Origin: Candidatus Latescibacterota bacterium
GTDB lineage: Bacteria > Latescibacterota > CBDEFO01
Length of the DNA stretch: 64,000 bases
Reading direction: 5' to 3'
Assembly: GCA_965237525.1 (NCBI GenBank)
Contig: CBDEFO010000008.1
Location: forward strand, 1,632,001 to 1,696,000
A program made the position numbers and the translations under genes. Below, in pieces: positions 10,739 through 21,861 of the stretch (positions are counted from its first letter, which is position 1; each line of letters starts with the position of its first letter). The notes beneath the pieces were generated by a model. The model saw only the letters and a list, made by a program, of their open reading frames with translations. It did no database searches and had not been told where the DNA came from.

Positions 10739-12259
10739 AAAGCCTTGTGAAATAGTTATGTCCCAGGCAGCGTCTGAAGCGCCGATTATGGGTCAAAGAG
10801 TAGCATATCGTATCGTTTTGCTGTGGAATAAGCAAAATAGTCTTATCAGAGTTCTGGTCAGCAAGGAACAGGAGCTGTTTGAAGAACAGGGTGCACTGTC
10901 TTTGACAGACAGGGCACACATAGACGCTTTCCCCCTTCTTATGAAAGATACAAGCCTCTTGAGATTCTGTACTGTTGCAACAAGATTCAACTGTTCATTC
11001 AGTGAGGCTGGTCCTCTATAACGGGCTCGTCCCATACCGTGTTGTTGCCTGGCTTCAGCAAAGATATGTTCACTGCGTTTACGGAGTCTCCGGGAGAGTT
11101 TGTAGTCAGCTGTTAATGAGATAGACCGTGCATGATTTCTGGCTTTCGCCTCTCGCACTTTTCTATCCCGTTCGGCCTGAATATGTGCTGGATTTGTCTT
11201 GTTTTTCCATGTAGGAATCGGTTCAATCTTCTCATCGGCTCGCAGAGGAATATGGGGTATGATTCCCCGGTCAAGTACATCAGCGATAAAATTACCAGAA
11301 CCGTAACCGGTATCGGCACTAAGTGTCTGAATGTCTTTGGGCATGGTGTATGTTTCAAGGTCATCTACCATCTTAAGGGCACTTTCGGGCTCTGCTGTCC
11401 CTGTCGCCTGCGTGCCCTGAGTCTCAAGGATTACTCTGCTTTTTGTGTCGATCAGATCATGGCCCATAAACGAGAGAAAAGCCCCTTTGCCCTTCGATTT
11501 GCTGTATAAGCGCGCGTCGGGGTCTGTAGTCGAACGGTGTGTTTGGTTCGTCCACTTTTCACCATGAAAGTCTTTATCCTGAGGATGCCCGGACCTACCC
11601 TTTGTCTTATCACCTTCAAAACCGATTCCCTTGAGATAATCATCAAGAGAAACAGGGGGTTCTATCGGCTCAATACTTTTCACTGAAGCATCAGCTTGTA
11701 TCTGAGTGCCGTCGACACTAAGGTGTTTACCGCTCACAAGACCGACATCTATGCAACACTGGACTACCTGACGCATTATCCGTTCAAACAACCCACTGGA
11801 TGCCCACTTGTGATTGCGAAGCTTGTTGATCGTGCTCCTATCCGGAACCGCATCATCAAATGTCTGATGACAAAACAACCGATATGCCGCATGCATCCCC
11901 ACTTCCTGACAGAGCCGATTCTCACTCAAATTATACAGATAGCCAATAAGGATCATTCGAACAACTAATTCAGGATCAATACCGGGTCTGCCATTGTCAG
12001 GGCAATAACAATCTGATACAACGTCTCGTACAAATGAAAAATCAACTGCCTCATCAATCTGACGAAGGATATGATCCTCGGGAACTAAATCCTCCATCTG
12101 AAAATAGTGAAACATCGGATTTGTCTGTTCCTGCTTTTGTGGGGTCATTGTTTCCTCCATGTATAATATTATCAATAACATAATATAATACATCGGAGCT
12201 GCTTTATCAATGCTTGTTCTATACTACTTTCTGAATCTAAGGGTTTTTCACAAGGCTTC
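10739..12259 (-). mobile_element. IS1182-family insertion sequence
   Basis: Terminal inverted repeats aaagccttgtgaaa / tttcacaaggcttc with TA duplicated on both sides; removing the element restores the dnaJ frame. Confidence 0.85.
10793..12148 (-). CDS. IS1182-family DDE transposase
   Basis: VPEDHILR, GRPGIDP, PDRSTI, VDGTQIQADAS, STTDPDARL, ADTGY, RxxSEHIFAEAR; ATG 12148 follows GGAGG. Confidence 0.92.
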   Translation of the reverse strand: MTPQKQEQTNPMFHYFQMEDLVPEDHILRQIDEAVDFSFVRDVVSDCYCPDNGRPGIDPELVVRMILIGYLYNLSENRLCQEVGMHAAYRLFCHQTFDDAVPDRSTINKLRNHKWASSGLFERIMRQVVQCCIDVGLVSGKHLSVDGTQIQADASVKSIEPIEPPVSLDDYLKGIGFEGDKTKGRSGHPQDKDFHGEKWTNQTHRSTTDPDARLYSKSKGKGAFLSFMGHDLIDTKSRVILETQGTQATGTAEPESALKMVDDLETYTMPKDIQTLSADTGYGSGNFIADVLDRGIIPHIPLRADEKIEPIPTWKNKTNPAHIQAERDRKVREAKARNHARSISLTADYKLSRRLRKRSEHIFAEARQQHGMGRARYRGPASLNEQLNLVATVQNLKRLVSFIRRGKASMCALSVKDSAPCSSNSSCSLLTRTLIRLFCLFHSKTIRYATL

Positions 12260-12910
12260 TAAGGAAGCGGGAAGGAGCGCTAGCTATACATATTCGGATC
12301 TCTCCCAGGCGTTGTTGCATCAGCTCGGAAAGGTGCTATACAGTTTTTTCAAAATCTTTGACAGATTTCTATTTGCTATCGAATCAAAAGTGCGCACTGG
12401 CGCAAGAAGTTTTAAAGATATTATACTATTTGCGGTAAGAGAATGTAGCGTTCGGCGCGAAGACAAAGCGGCGTTTGACGATGATTTCTTCTCGAGGAGT
12501 GGCACGGACATAAAGTGCTAGGCAGAGATAGGTTTTGTTCAGGCTGCGCTTGGATGCAAAATAAAGATAAGGACGATAGATAACAGCAGAGTGGAAATGG
12601 AAATTCCCCCAGGGACTCATTCCGGGACCGTGTTCAGACTGAAGGGGTTGGGATTGAAAAACTACAGGGGCCGCGGAGACCAGCTTGTGGCGATCAAAGT
12701 GATGATCCCTTCAAATATGACACAAAGGCAGAAGGTCCTCCTAAAGGAGTTCGCACAGGAGGAGAGGGAAAAGTCGAAAAGGACTGAGGGAATATAAATC
12801 AGTTGACAGGGAAAGGTAAAGGGAGTAGGGGCTTTCCATGTGTGTTTGCCAGTAAGGAGAGCAATCTAAGGTAGACAGGACAGCACCCTCTAAATCGTCA
12901 CTGCGACCCC

Positions 12911-12931
12911 CACCGATTGAATCTATCGGGG
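12911..12931 (+). repeat. 21-bp palindrome, copy 2 (inside a degenerate GTCA(C/T)TGCGA repeat)
   Basis: caccgattgaatctatcgggg. Confidence 0.9.
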
Positions 12932-13089
12932 GTTAAATCGGGGGCAGCGAAGAAATCCCCTAATCAATTAACAGGGTTACCCATCCTTTCCAAATCTGGT
13001 TTCTTTATGAATGTTATCCATAGCTATTTTAGATCCGCTACTTAATCTACTGATAACTATTAAGGTTATGGACCAAGAGGACGACAGCG

Positions 13090-13980
13090 ATGAAAGTGCG
13101 TAAGGCTGTGATTCCCGCGGCTGGCAGGGGTACAAGGTTCCTGCCCGCTACGAAGGCGATGGCCAAGGAGATGATTCCGATAGTAGATAAACCCGTTATG
13201 CAGTATATCGTAGAGGAGATAGTAAGTTCGGGAATAGAGGATATTCTGGTCATAACGGGATCGGACAAAAGGGCGATAGAGGATCACTTCGACAAGTCGT
13301 TCGAGTTGAATTACTATCTGAAAGAGAAGGAAGAATTTGCAATGGTGGAGACGCTGGAACAGATAGAAAGGCTGGCGGACATCTACTATATGAGACAGAA
13401 GGAGACTTTGGGCACGGGACATGCCGTACTGAAGGCGAAGGATCATATCTCTAACGAACCCTTTGCGGTTCTGTTCGGGGACGACCTGGTCAAGTCGAAG
13501 GTTCCATGTATAAAACAGCTTGCGGAGCTTTACGATAGATACAGCGCCTCTATTTTAGCTGTGCAGGAAGTACCGAAGGATAGGATCAGCAGTTATGGGG
13601 TTATAAAGGCAAAAAATATAGGCGGGGTGTATATGGTTGAGGGACTGGTGGAAAAACCCGAACCCCAGGAGGCCCCTTCTAATCTGGCGATCCTGGGGCG
13701 GTATGTCTTTGAACCTGACATATTTGAGATTTTGGAAAGTACTCCTCATGCGGACGATGGGGAACTACAGCTTACGGATGCTATTCGGACCTTGGCAGAG
13801 AATAAAGAGGTATACGCGCATAAGATTCAGGGCGAGTGGTTCAGCGTGGGGGACCGAATATCTTATCTGAAGACTATTATTCGCTTCGCATTAGATAGAG
13901 AAGATATAGGGAAAGAGCTCAAAGTATATCTGAGAAGCCTGTGCGCTGCGCCAGAGTTACCGGGCGACAGAAAAAAATGA
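13090..13980 (+). CDS. galU: UTP--glucose-1-phosphate uridylyltransferase
   Basis: KAVIPAAGRGTRFLPATKA, KEMIPIVDKP, VEKP, GELQLTDA. Confidence 0.96.
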   Translation: MKVRKAVIPAAGRGTRFLPATKAMAKEMIPIVDKPVMQYIVEEIVSSGIEDILVITGSDKRAIEDHFDKSFELNYYLKEKEEFAMVETLEQIERLADIYYMRQKETLGTGHAVLKAKDHISNEPFAVLFGDDLVKSKVPCIKQLAELYDRYSASILAVQEVPKDRISSYGVIKAKNIGGVYMVEGLVEKPEPQEAPSNLAILGRYVFEPDIFEILESTPHADDGELQLTDAIRTLAENKEVYAHKIQGEWFSVGDRISYLKTIIRFALDREDIGKELKVYLRSLCAAPELPGDRKK

Positions 13981-15923
13981 AGCACGTTATTATAGGCACT
14001 GCCGGGCATATAGATCACGGAAAGACGGCTTTAGTTAAGGCTTTGACCGGGACGGATGCCGATAGGCTGAAGGAGGAGAAGATAAGGGGGATGACGATAG
14101 ATCTGGGTTTTGCATTTATGGGTGATAACTCTGCTATCATAGACGTTCCGGGACACGAAAGATTTATCAAAAATATGGTTGCAGGAGTCAGCGCTGTTGA
14201 CTTAGCGCTCTTTGTAGTTGCCGCAGACGACGGCGTGATGCCTCAGACAAGGGAGCATCTGGATATTTTAGAACTCTTAGGCGTAAAAAGGGGAATCGTC
14301 GCAATAACTAAAGCCGATCTTGTGGACGAGGAGTGGATTGAGCTTGTCAAGGAAGATATAAGGGTGTTGGTAAAGGGGACTTTTTTGGAGGACGCTCCGA
14401 TGGTTCCCCTATCGTCCACAAGAGGCGACGGAGTGGATGAACTCAAGGGGCTATTAGAGATGTATATATCCGATGTGGAGGAAAGGAACGAGAAGGGCAT
14501 CCTCAGGATGCCTGTAGATAGGTCCTTTTCTATGAGGGGATTCGGAACGGTCGTAACGGGGACAGTCATATCGGGGAGGGCGTCTGTGGGAAATAACCTG
14601 GAACTCCTTCCTCTGGGTGAGGTATTCAGGGTAAGGGGGATACAGGCGCACGGAAAGGATGTCGAACATGCTTCTGCGGGTGACAGAGCAGCGCTGAACT
14701 TTTCAGGGGTAGAAAAGTCTCAAATCCAAAGGGGAGATATGGTAGCAGAGCCCGGTTACTTTACTTCTACATTTATGCTCGATTGCCGATTGAAGCTCCT
14801 TCAGGATTTTCCTAAAGAGAAGCGCATGAAGTTTAAGAACAGGACAAGGGTGAGGGTCCATTTAGGGACGGGGGAAATTATGGGCAGGGTCTTCTTGCTG
14901 GATAAGGACGAGCTTGCTCCCGGAGAGTCGTCACTCGTTCAGTTAAGGATGGAAGACGCGACCACTGCGGCCCCTAAGGACCGATTTGTGATCAGGCGGT
15001 ACTCTCCGGCTTTGACCATAGGCGGGGGTGTGGTGATAGATGCAAATCCAGAAAAGCATAAGCGGTTCGACAAGGGTGTTCTGGATTGCCTTTCAAGGCT
15101 TCAGGACAAAGATCCAAAGAGGGTCTTAATAGAGAGGGTAAAGATGTCCTCCGCAGCTTCTAAGCCGTTGAAGTCCCTGGCTGGGGAAATGGTGATGTCG
15201 CCCGAGAGCTTAAAAGTGGAGATTATGAGGTTAAGGTATAGCCAAACGTCCGCCCCCAATGGCGAAATCGTGATCTTGGACGATGACTTCTCTTCGGGTC
15301 TATTTCACACTGGAAATTGGGAGAATCTGGGGGGGCGCATACTCACGGCTCTGATGGATTTTCATAGAGAAAATCCCGTTAAGGTGGGCATAGACAGGAA
15401 CAGTCTAAGAAATATGGTCGGCGGGATAGACAGAGCGCTCTTTGAGTCCATCCTTGGCGGCCTAATTGATCAGCAAAAAGTTAAGACATCGGGCGCCCTG
15501 GTGAGACTTTCGTCTCATACCATCGGACTGACGCCTTTTCAGAAAAGGTTGAGAGATCAACTCGAACGGATGATCTTAGGGGAGGGCTACTCCACTTCGG
15601 GTGTTAGAACATGGGCCCAGGAACTGGGCACGAAAGAGGATGAAATAGAGGACATCCTGGAGGCGATGCAAAACCTAGGAATCGTCGTTAGAATAGATGA
15701 ATCTATAGTGCTTCACAGGGATACGATCGAAAAGGCAAAAAAGGATTTAGTGGAGTATCTGGAGGAGAACAAGGAGATAACAGTATCTTCTTTCAGGGGC
15801 CTTGTAGGTACTACGCGTAGGTACGCTCTGCCCCTATTGAAATACTTCGACGATAAGGCCGTAACGCAGAGAAGTGGGGATAAACGTACCTTGAGAGTTG
15901 GGGCGACCACTGCAAAGGGATAG
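13977..15923 (+). CDS. selB: Selenocysteine-specific elongation factor
   Basis: [34 protein letters not shown]-terminal winged helix [13 protein letters not shown]. Confidence 0.97.
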   Translation: MKHVIIGTAGHIDHGKTALVKALTGTDADRLKEEKIRGMTIDLGFAFMGDNSAIIDVPGHERFIKNMVAGVSAVDLALFVVAADDGVMPQTREHLDILELLGVKRGIVAITKADLVDEEWIELVKEDIRVLVKGTFLEDAPMVPLSSTRGDGVDELKGLLEMYISDVEERNEKGILRMPVDRSFSMRGFGTVVTGTVISGRASVGNNLELLPLGEVFRVRGIQAHGKDVEHASAGDRAALNFSGVEKSQIQRGDMVAEPGYFTSTFMLDCRLKLLQDFPKEKRMKFKNRTRVRVHLGTGEIMGRVFLLDKDELAPGESSLVQLRMEDATTAAPKDRFVIRRYSPALTIGGGVVIDANPEKHKRFDKGVLDCLSRLQDKDPKRVLIERVKMSSAASKPLKSLAGEMVMSPESLKVEIMRLRYSQTSAPNGEIVILDDDFSSGLFHTGNWENLGGRILTALMDFHRENPVKVGIDRNSLRNMVGGIDRALFESILGGLIDQQKVKTSGALVRLSSHTIGLTPFQKRLRDQLERMILGEGYSTSGVRTWAQELGTKEDEIEDILEAMQNLGIVVRIDESIVLHRDTIEKAKKDLVEYLEENKEITVSSFRGLVGTTRRYALPLLKYFDDKAVTQRSGDKRTLRVGATTAKG

Positions 15924-15975
15924 ACATTGTTTCATGTCTTGTATCACCTTATACTCCTGAAATCGGCAGGTGACG

Positions 15976-16848
15976 ATGGCTGACAAGGTTACAAGACCGA
16001 AATTAGACGGCCTGGACCTGAGCCTGGGAAAAAGGATGAGACTCCATAGGTTGCTATATGAGCACAGTTCGGGAAACGGCACAGCCATGCTACTGCCGAT
16101 AGATCAGGGACTGGAGCACGGCCCGGTCGATTTCTTCGCGAATCCTATAAGCATAGACCCTGAATTTCAACTCCGTTTAGCGATGGACGGAGGCTATTCG
16201 GGGATAGAATTTCATATAGGTCTGGCGGAGAAGTATATAAGGCAGTACGCCTGCAATGTGCCTTTAGTGTTGAAGTTGAACGACAGGACGAATATCCCGT
16301 CTGAAAAAGAGGCGTTCTCACCGCAGACGACATCTGTGTAGGACGCCGTGAGATTGGGAGCGGATGCCGTTGGCTATAGTATGTACGTAGGTTCTCCCGC
16401 TCAGGACAGAGATTTCATCCAACTTATGGGGATCAGGGAAGACTGCGAAAGGTTCGGCATGCCCTTAATCGTCTCGGGATACCCCAGAGGAGAGGCGATA
16501 GATTGCGCGGCTCGTGTAGCGTGTGAGCTGGGCGCGGACGTTATAAAGTTGAATATCCCAGTGTACGATGCGCAGGTTCATAAGGACTGCCCTGAGCCTT
16601 AGAATACACTCCATTTAAACACTGAGGATGCGATGAAGAAGGTGGTAACCTCGGCTGGAAAGACGCTTGTGCTGGTATCGAGGGGCGGCATGATAAGAGA
16701 TGAGGACCTGCTGGATAAGGTAAGGATCGCCATGAGCGCTGGGGCGACAGGCCTGACATTCGGAAGGAATATGTGGTAGAGGAATTACGAAGATACGCTT
16801 GAGATGACTTCCAAGATAAAGGAGATAATGGGGGAGTATCCAGCTTGA
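15976..16848 (+). pseudogene. Class I fructose-bisphosphate aldolase (DhnA/FbaB-like) with three in-frame TAG codons
   Basis: [30 protein letters not shown] and FGRNMW in a single frame; TAG at 16339, 16600 and 16777. Confidence 0.88.
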
Positions 16849-16926
16849 TGGGAAGTAGTATATCGTTACATGAAATTGCACTCCCGAGAAACAATAGCTT
16901 GTTGATTTAGCTGAAAGGCGACTACG

Positions 16927-18995
16927 ATGAGAGGGATTGGCAAAGTGAAGTGGTTTGGTGGTCGAAACAGAATAACCGCCCGCCACAATGACTACGGATT
17001 TATCGCCCGCGATGATAAACCAGATATATATGTGAACCGAAAGCAAGTTCGTTGTTCAGAAAGCGATTTAGACGAAGGAACACCTGTTACCTTTGAGGTG
17101 GCGATAAACCCTCGAAACGGCAAAGAGGAAGCTAAACATTTGCTCTTGTTGAAGGAAGAGACAGATTTGGAAGTTATTGCTCATTGTGCACGAAGTAACG
17201 ATGAGGACCTATGGATGCCTGTATTTGGCAAGTATCTTGTTACTCTCTCGAGCAATGAAGCTGTATCTTTGGCGGTCGAAAAGATAAATACCCTTTCATC
17301 CTGGAAAAAGGAGGATGTTGCCCTCTCTGTGCCGAAGAATATTCAATTTTCCTGTCGGGATATTCGAGAAGTCTTACCAGCTGCTGACCATCTATATCTG
17401 TGCCTCGAAATGTTGGATACTGATGCGGACACTGACATAGATCCTAGCTTACGAGAGGAGATAATTGCCACTATTGAAACATCAAATTATCGTGAAGAAC
17501 TCTGGAAGAAGGTTCCAAGTGTTCTATATGAAAATGATCCAGACATCCGAAGACGTCTTCCCCTCCAAATACATGTTAGTTGCTTGGTTAATCTAATTCT
17601 TGATTTAGAGCAACAACAAAATAGAGATATTCTATTGAGTGAGCTTCGAGAGTGTTTAGAGGAATCACGTGATGTAATTTCGGATGCCTATGAAAGCGGC
17701 ATTTGGGAACTTATCCCTGATGCCATTTTGATGGAAGACCAGGTGTGGCCTACAGCTCCTCCAGATCGGCGTATTGTTATTCTCGTGGCGCAACTCGGTG
17801 AAGAAAGCAATTTGGATAATGAAGATACCCTCTCACAAATTGGGGACGTGCTTAACGAATCTTCACGTGAAGATCGTTTATCATTAGTTCCCAGACTCCC
17901 AGATTGGGTTAAGCAACATGATGCAATCTTTGCCTTTCTACCTCCGGTTGATCAGGTCAACTCGGTATGGTCCTCAATAGAGGTCGGTTCATTATCGGGC
18001 TGGCAAAAATTATCAAGAGAAGCGAAGATTTTATCTGTCTATCGTATTGCAAAAGAGAATAAAAGTCTTCCTCTTTCTGTGTTAGAAAGTACAGAAGATG
18101 ATCCACTGGTAAAGTGTGTGCTTATTCTTCTCTGGGCTAAAGATTATCCCCTGAAAAGCTGCGCCGCGTTCGAGAGGGCACACGCATTATTCCAGGACTA
18201 TGTGGTTGATCAGGCATGTAGTTCAACCGAACCGCTGGACCTTTATCCATTACTTCCTGACTGCCGACCTAGGGTGGTTCAATACTGTGAAGGAAGACCA
18301 TGGCCAACAGACGAAGATAAGAATTCAGGCTCTGACAGAGTAACTCGTGCTTTTTGCCCCCGTACAAACAAGTCCTGTGATCCATTCAAATTTGATCCTG
18401 ATGTGGGAATGAATTGGGGAGAAGCTCGACTCTATGCTGAGTGTTCACAAAATTGGGAAGACTGGTCTTTGCTGGAACTTATCGAAGCAACAAATGTTGT
18501 ACCAAGGATTCCTGACGAATTGAAAAGCCCTGGTGAATATGTGCCAAAGCTATCAGGTTGGGTTAATCGTCTCAATGAAATTCGGGAAAGACTAAAGTGC
18601 TCTATTTGTGGACAGATGATGCCTCCCAACTATCGGTATGCTAAATATTTAGCTAGATATAACAGCACGGTCGTTTCGTGCCAAATTGGAAGCGGCCACG
18701 ATCAGGATATTTACTTAAATCACTGCTGGGCTTGCCGCGAAATAGTTGACAGCAGAGAGAGCACAATAAGGGTAGAAAAGTATTATATCTGTATTCACTG
18801 TGGAAGTGGACCGCAAGAGAGTAAAAGCTACACTCAAGGAGACATATGTCCAAAATGTGGAGCACGAGGAATGTCAGCTAGCCAATGTATAATCGAACTA
18901 GCCAAGGGTATAATCGAAATCGTGAATGTCTCTCCTGCAACCATGAAATTTATCTTCCTCCTCAACGGAAGCTAACTGGACCCCAGTCAAAATAG
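16927..18995 (+). CDS. Cold-shock-domain protein with Cys-rich zinc-ribbon C-terminus; 3' end frameshifted by a 20-bp duplication
   Basis: GKVKWF...YGFI...DIYV OB-fold; CSIC, CWAC, CIHC, CPKC; annotated frame stops at 18975, restored frame at 18995. Confidence 0.7.
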
Positions 18996-19025
18996 GGGTA
19001 CAGCTTCATATAATGAATGTGAGCT

Positions 19026-21497
19026 ATGGTTTCCGACAATGTAAGACCTGAAATAGGCAAAGAGCGGCTTGTGAGACTCGACATTCCCATACGCGGGATG
19101 AGCTGTGCGGCTTGTGCAAGCAGGATCCAAAAGGGTCTCGAAGCCCTGCAGGGCGTCCTTTCGGCTGATGTGAATTTTGGGACGGAGAGGGCGACCCTGG
19201 AGTTAGAGGGGGAGGTTGCAGGGACGGATAGGATAAAAAGCCTGGTTGAAGAGTTAGGATATGAGGTCGGTACAAAATCTGTAGTTCTGAATATAGGTGG
19301 GATGTCGTGCGCCGCCTGTGTGCAGAGAGTGGAGGAGGCCTTAAAGGGTGTGGAGGGCGTAACGGATGCGAATGTCAACTTCGGGACCGAGCAGGCGACT
19401 TTGGAGTATATTTCGGCTGGGATAGACGAATTGAAGAGGGCCGTTCAGGAGGCGGGATATAGCGCCGAGGAGGTATCCGATGAGGCTGTGGACGGGAAGG
19501 AAGAGGAAAAAGAGAGGGCATACAGGGGGCTTCTGAGGAGATTTGTCCTAGCTCTGTCCCTGTCTATACTGGTTATGGCGGGGACTCATCAGGGATGGTT
19601 TCCGTTTCTGGAGGACGTGCCGCGCCAAATGATATTTGTGGTGTTGTTAATCTTGACCGTCCCGATCCAGTTCTGGGCGGGGTGGCGCTTCTACGTCGGC
19701 TTTTGGAAGGCCTTGAAGCACTGGTCGGCGGACATGAATACACTGATAGCTGTGGGTACTTCGGCCGCTTTTATCTACAGCGCTGCGGCTACGTTCTCAC
19801 CTGGGCTCTTCGCGGGCGCAGGACAGGAACCTGAGGTCTACTACGATACTTCAGCGATGATCATTACGCTGATCCTTCTGGGGAGGCTCCTGGAGGCAAG
19901 GGCCAAGGCCAGAACGTCTGAGGTTATAAAGAGGCTTATGGGCTTAAGGCCGAAGACCGCAAGGGTCGTAAGGGATGGAGAGGAGTTGGATGTTCCCGCT
20001 GATGAGGTGATCGCAGGTGATATAGTAGTGGTGCGCCCCGGGGAGAAGATACCTGTGGACGGTGCGGTGGTGGACGGCTATTCGAGCGTGGACGAGTCTA
20101 TGATCACAGGTGAGAGCATCCCTGTGGAAATGACGAGGGGAAGTGAGGTCATAGGGGCTACTGTGAATAAGACGGGAAGCTTCAGGTTCAAGGCCTTAAA
20201 GGTCGGAAAGGATGCGGTTCTATCTCAGATAGTAAAGTTAGTAGAGGAGGCTCAGGGGTCCAAGGCTCCAATTCAGCGGCTTGCGGATAAGATAGCGGGG
20301 GTATTTGTGCCTCTGGTTATGTGCGTAGCCGCGGCGACCTTTTTGATATGGTATTTTGTAGGACCCGATCCTGCTTTGAGCTTTGCGGTGTTGAATTTTG
20401 TGGCTGTACTTATCATAGCGTGTCCGTGCGCCATGGGGCTGGCGACTCCGACAGCTATTATGGTGGGGACAGGAGTGGGAGCGGAAAATGGAATATTAAT
20501 CAAGGGAGGCGAGAGTCTGGAGGCAGTGCAGGGACTTTCAGTTGTGGCTCTGGATAAGACGGGAACTCTGACTGAGGGTAAGCCAAAGGTCACAGATGTG
20601 GTGCTCTTAAACGGCTTCAGTCAGGATGAAGTGATGAATCTGGCGGGGTCGGTGGAGAAAAATTCGGAGCATCCTTTAGGCGAGGCGATAAGAAGAAAGG
20701 CGCAGGAGCTAAATCTGGAACTTTCCGATGTAGAGGGATTTGAGGCGATTCCGGGAGGAGGCGTATCGGCCAAGGCAGGGGGCAAGAGGATCGTTTTGGG
20801 GGATATGAGGATGATGGAAAGATTCGGCGTTCATACAGACGGGATCGAATCTGAGGCGGATTCTCTGAGGAATCTGGGCAGGACTGTGGTATTCTTGTCG
20901 GTAGATGACAAAATCGCAGGGGTGATAGGGATCGCGGACGGCCTCAAGGACGGCTCCAAAGAGGCGGTTTCAAAGCTTCACAGTTTGGGCCTTGAGGTAG
21001 TGATGATTACGGGAGATAACAAAAAGACAGCAGCGGCTATCGCTAAGGAGGCGAACATAGATCGGGTGATGGCAGAAGTACTTCCGCAGGATAAGTCTGA
21101 TGCGGTCAGAAAACTCCAGAGCGAGGGGAAGGTCGTGGCGATGGTAGGAGACGGGATAAACGACGCTCCGGCTCTGGCTCAGGCGGACATAGGCATAGCC
21201 ATAGGGACAGGCACGGATGTGGCGATGGAGGCTTCGGATATTACCCTTATTACGGGGGATTTGAGAGGGGTAATTACGTCTATTGAGCTGTCCAGAAGGA
21301 CGATGAGGACGATAAAGCAGAATCTGTTCTGGGCGTTCTTTTACAATTCCGTGGGAATACCGATAGCGGCGGGAGTCTTGTGCCCGTTCTTGGGGATATT
21401 GCTGAATCCGATATTTGCATCGGCGGCTATGGCTTTAAGTTCGGTTTCTGTGGTGAGTAATTCTTTAAGGCTGAGGAGATTTAGATCGTCCTTTTAG
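19026..21497 (+). CDS. copA: Cu(I)-translocating P1B-type ATPase
   Basis: Two GMSCAAC HMA domains, [26 protein letters not shown] and MxxSS motifs. Confidence 0.95.
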   Translation: MVSDNVRPEIGKERLVRLDIPIRGMSCAACASRIQKGLEALQGVLSADVNFGTERATLELEGEVAGTDRIKSLVEELGYEVGTKSVVLNIGGMSCAACVQRVEEALKGVEGVTDANVNFGTEQATLEYISAGIDELKRAVQEAGYSAEEVSDEAVDGKEEEKERAYRGLLRRFVLALSLSILVMAGTHQGWFPFLEDVPRQMIFVVLLILTVPIQFWAGWRFYVGFWKALKHWSADMNTLIAVGTSAAFIYSAAATFSPGLFAGAGQEPEVYYDTSAMIITLILLGRLLEARAKARTSEVIKRLMGLRPKTARVVRDGEELDVPADEVIAGDIVVVRPGEKIPVDGAVVDGYSSVDESMITGESIPVEMTRGSEVIGATVNKTGSFRFKALKVGKDAVLSQIVKLVEEAQGSKAPIQRLADKIAGVFVPLVMCVAAATFLIWYFVGPDPALSFAVLNFVAVLIIACPCAMGLATPTAIMVGTGVGAENGILIKGGESLEAVQGLSVVALDKTGTLTEGKPKVTDVVLLNGFSQDEVMNLAGSVEKNSEHPLGEAIRRKAQELNLELSDVEGFEAIPGGGVSAKAGGKRIVLGDMRMMERFGVHTDGIESEADSLRNLGRTVVFLSVDDKIAGVIGIADGLKDGSKEAVSKLHSLGLEVVMITGDNKKTAAAIAKEANIDRVMAEVLPQDKSDAVRKLQSEGKVVAMVGDGINDAPALAQADIGIAIGTGTDVAMEASDITLITGDLRGVITSIELSRRTMRTIKQNLFWAFFYNSVGIPIAAGVLCPFLGILLNPIFASAAMALSSVSVVSNSLRLRRFRSSF

Positions 21498-21528
21498 GTT
21501 GTTGCTCAAATAGCCGACAACAAATATA

Positions 21529-21587
21529 GAGCATGGCTTGAAACAGTGCCCTTGAACTGGGGAATGGGATCTACGCCATGCTTTTTT
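21529..21587 (+). terminator. Possible intrinsic terminator after copA
   Basis: agcatggc...gccatgct inverted repeat (long loop) followed by a T run. Confidence 0.35.
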
Positions 21588-21606
21588 CTATCTATAACAA
21601 AATTTC

Positions 21607-21635
21607 TTGACATTTGTTACGCTTGTAATTAGATT
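21607..21635 (+). promoter_or_regulatory. Sigma-70-type promoter
   Basis: TTGACA-N17-TAGATT upstream of the S55 peptidase gene. Confidence 0.6.
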
Positions 21636-21861
21636 ACTCCTGTTATAGTAAGATTTTACCTGATTGTATCAGTACGTCTTACTCCTGTCTTGATCTGATG
21701 CGAGTGTTTGTTTGCTTTTTTCCGGAATTCCGCTGTTAGCAAATCTGTAAAAGCGGGCTAATTGCTGTTGTGTTTTGTATTGTCCTTCAGTTAAAGCTTT
21801 TTTCGATAAGTTGTAAGGAACCGTTTCATCGCCTGAAAACTTTCCGGAGGATTAAACTAAA

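Larger units (their letters stand above)
10477..12797 (+). pseudogene. DnaJ/CbpA-family co-chaperone interrupted by IS1182 and an in-frame TAG
   Basis: J domain (DYYAILG, YHPD) at 10477..10738; frame resumes at 12262; TAG at 12519..12521 precedes AEIGFVQAALG...IPPGTHSG..RLKGLG. Confidence 0.85.

Noticed and set aside
15976..16848. Genome-wide TAG reassignment or pyrrolysine
   Set aside because: TAG terminates lepA, hbd, crt, selB and copA at expected positions; the amber sites correspond to different residues; no pyl genes in the window
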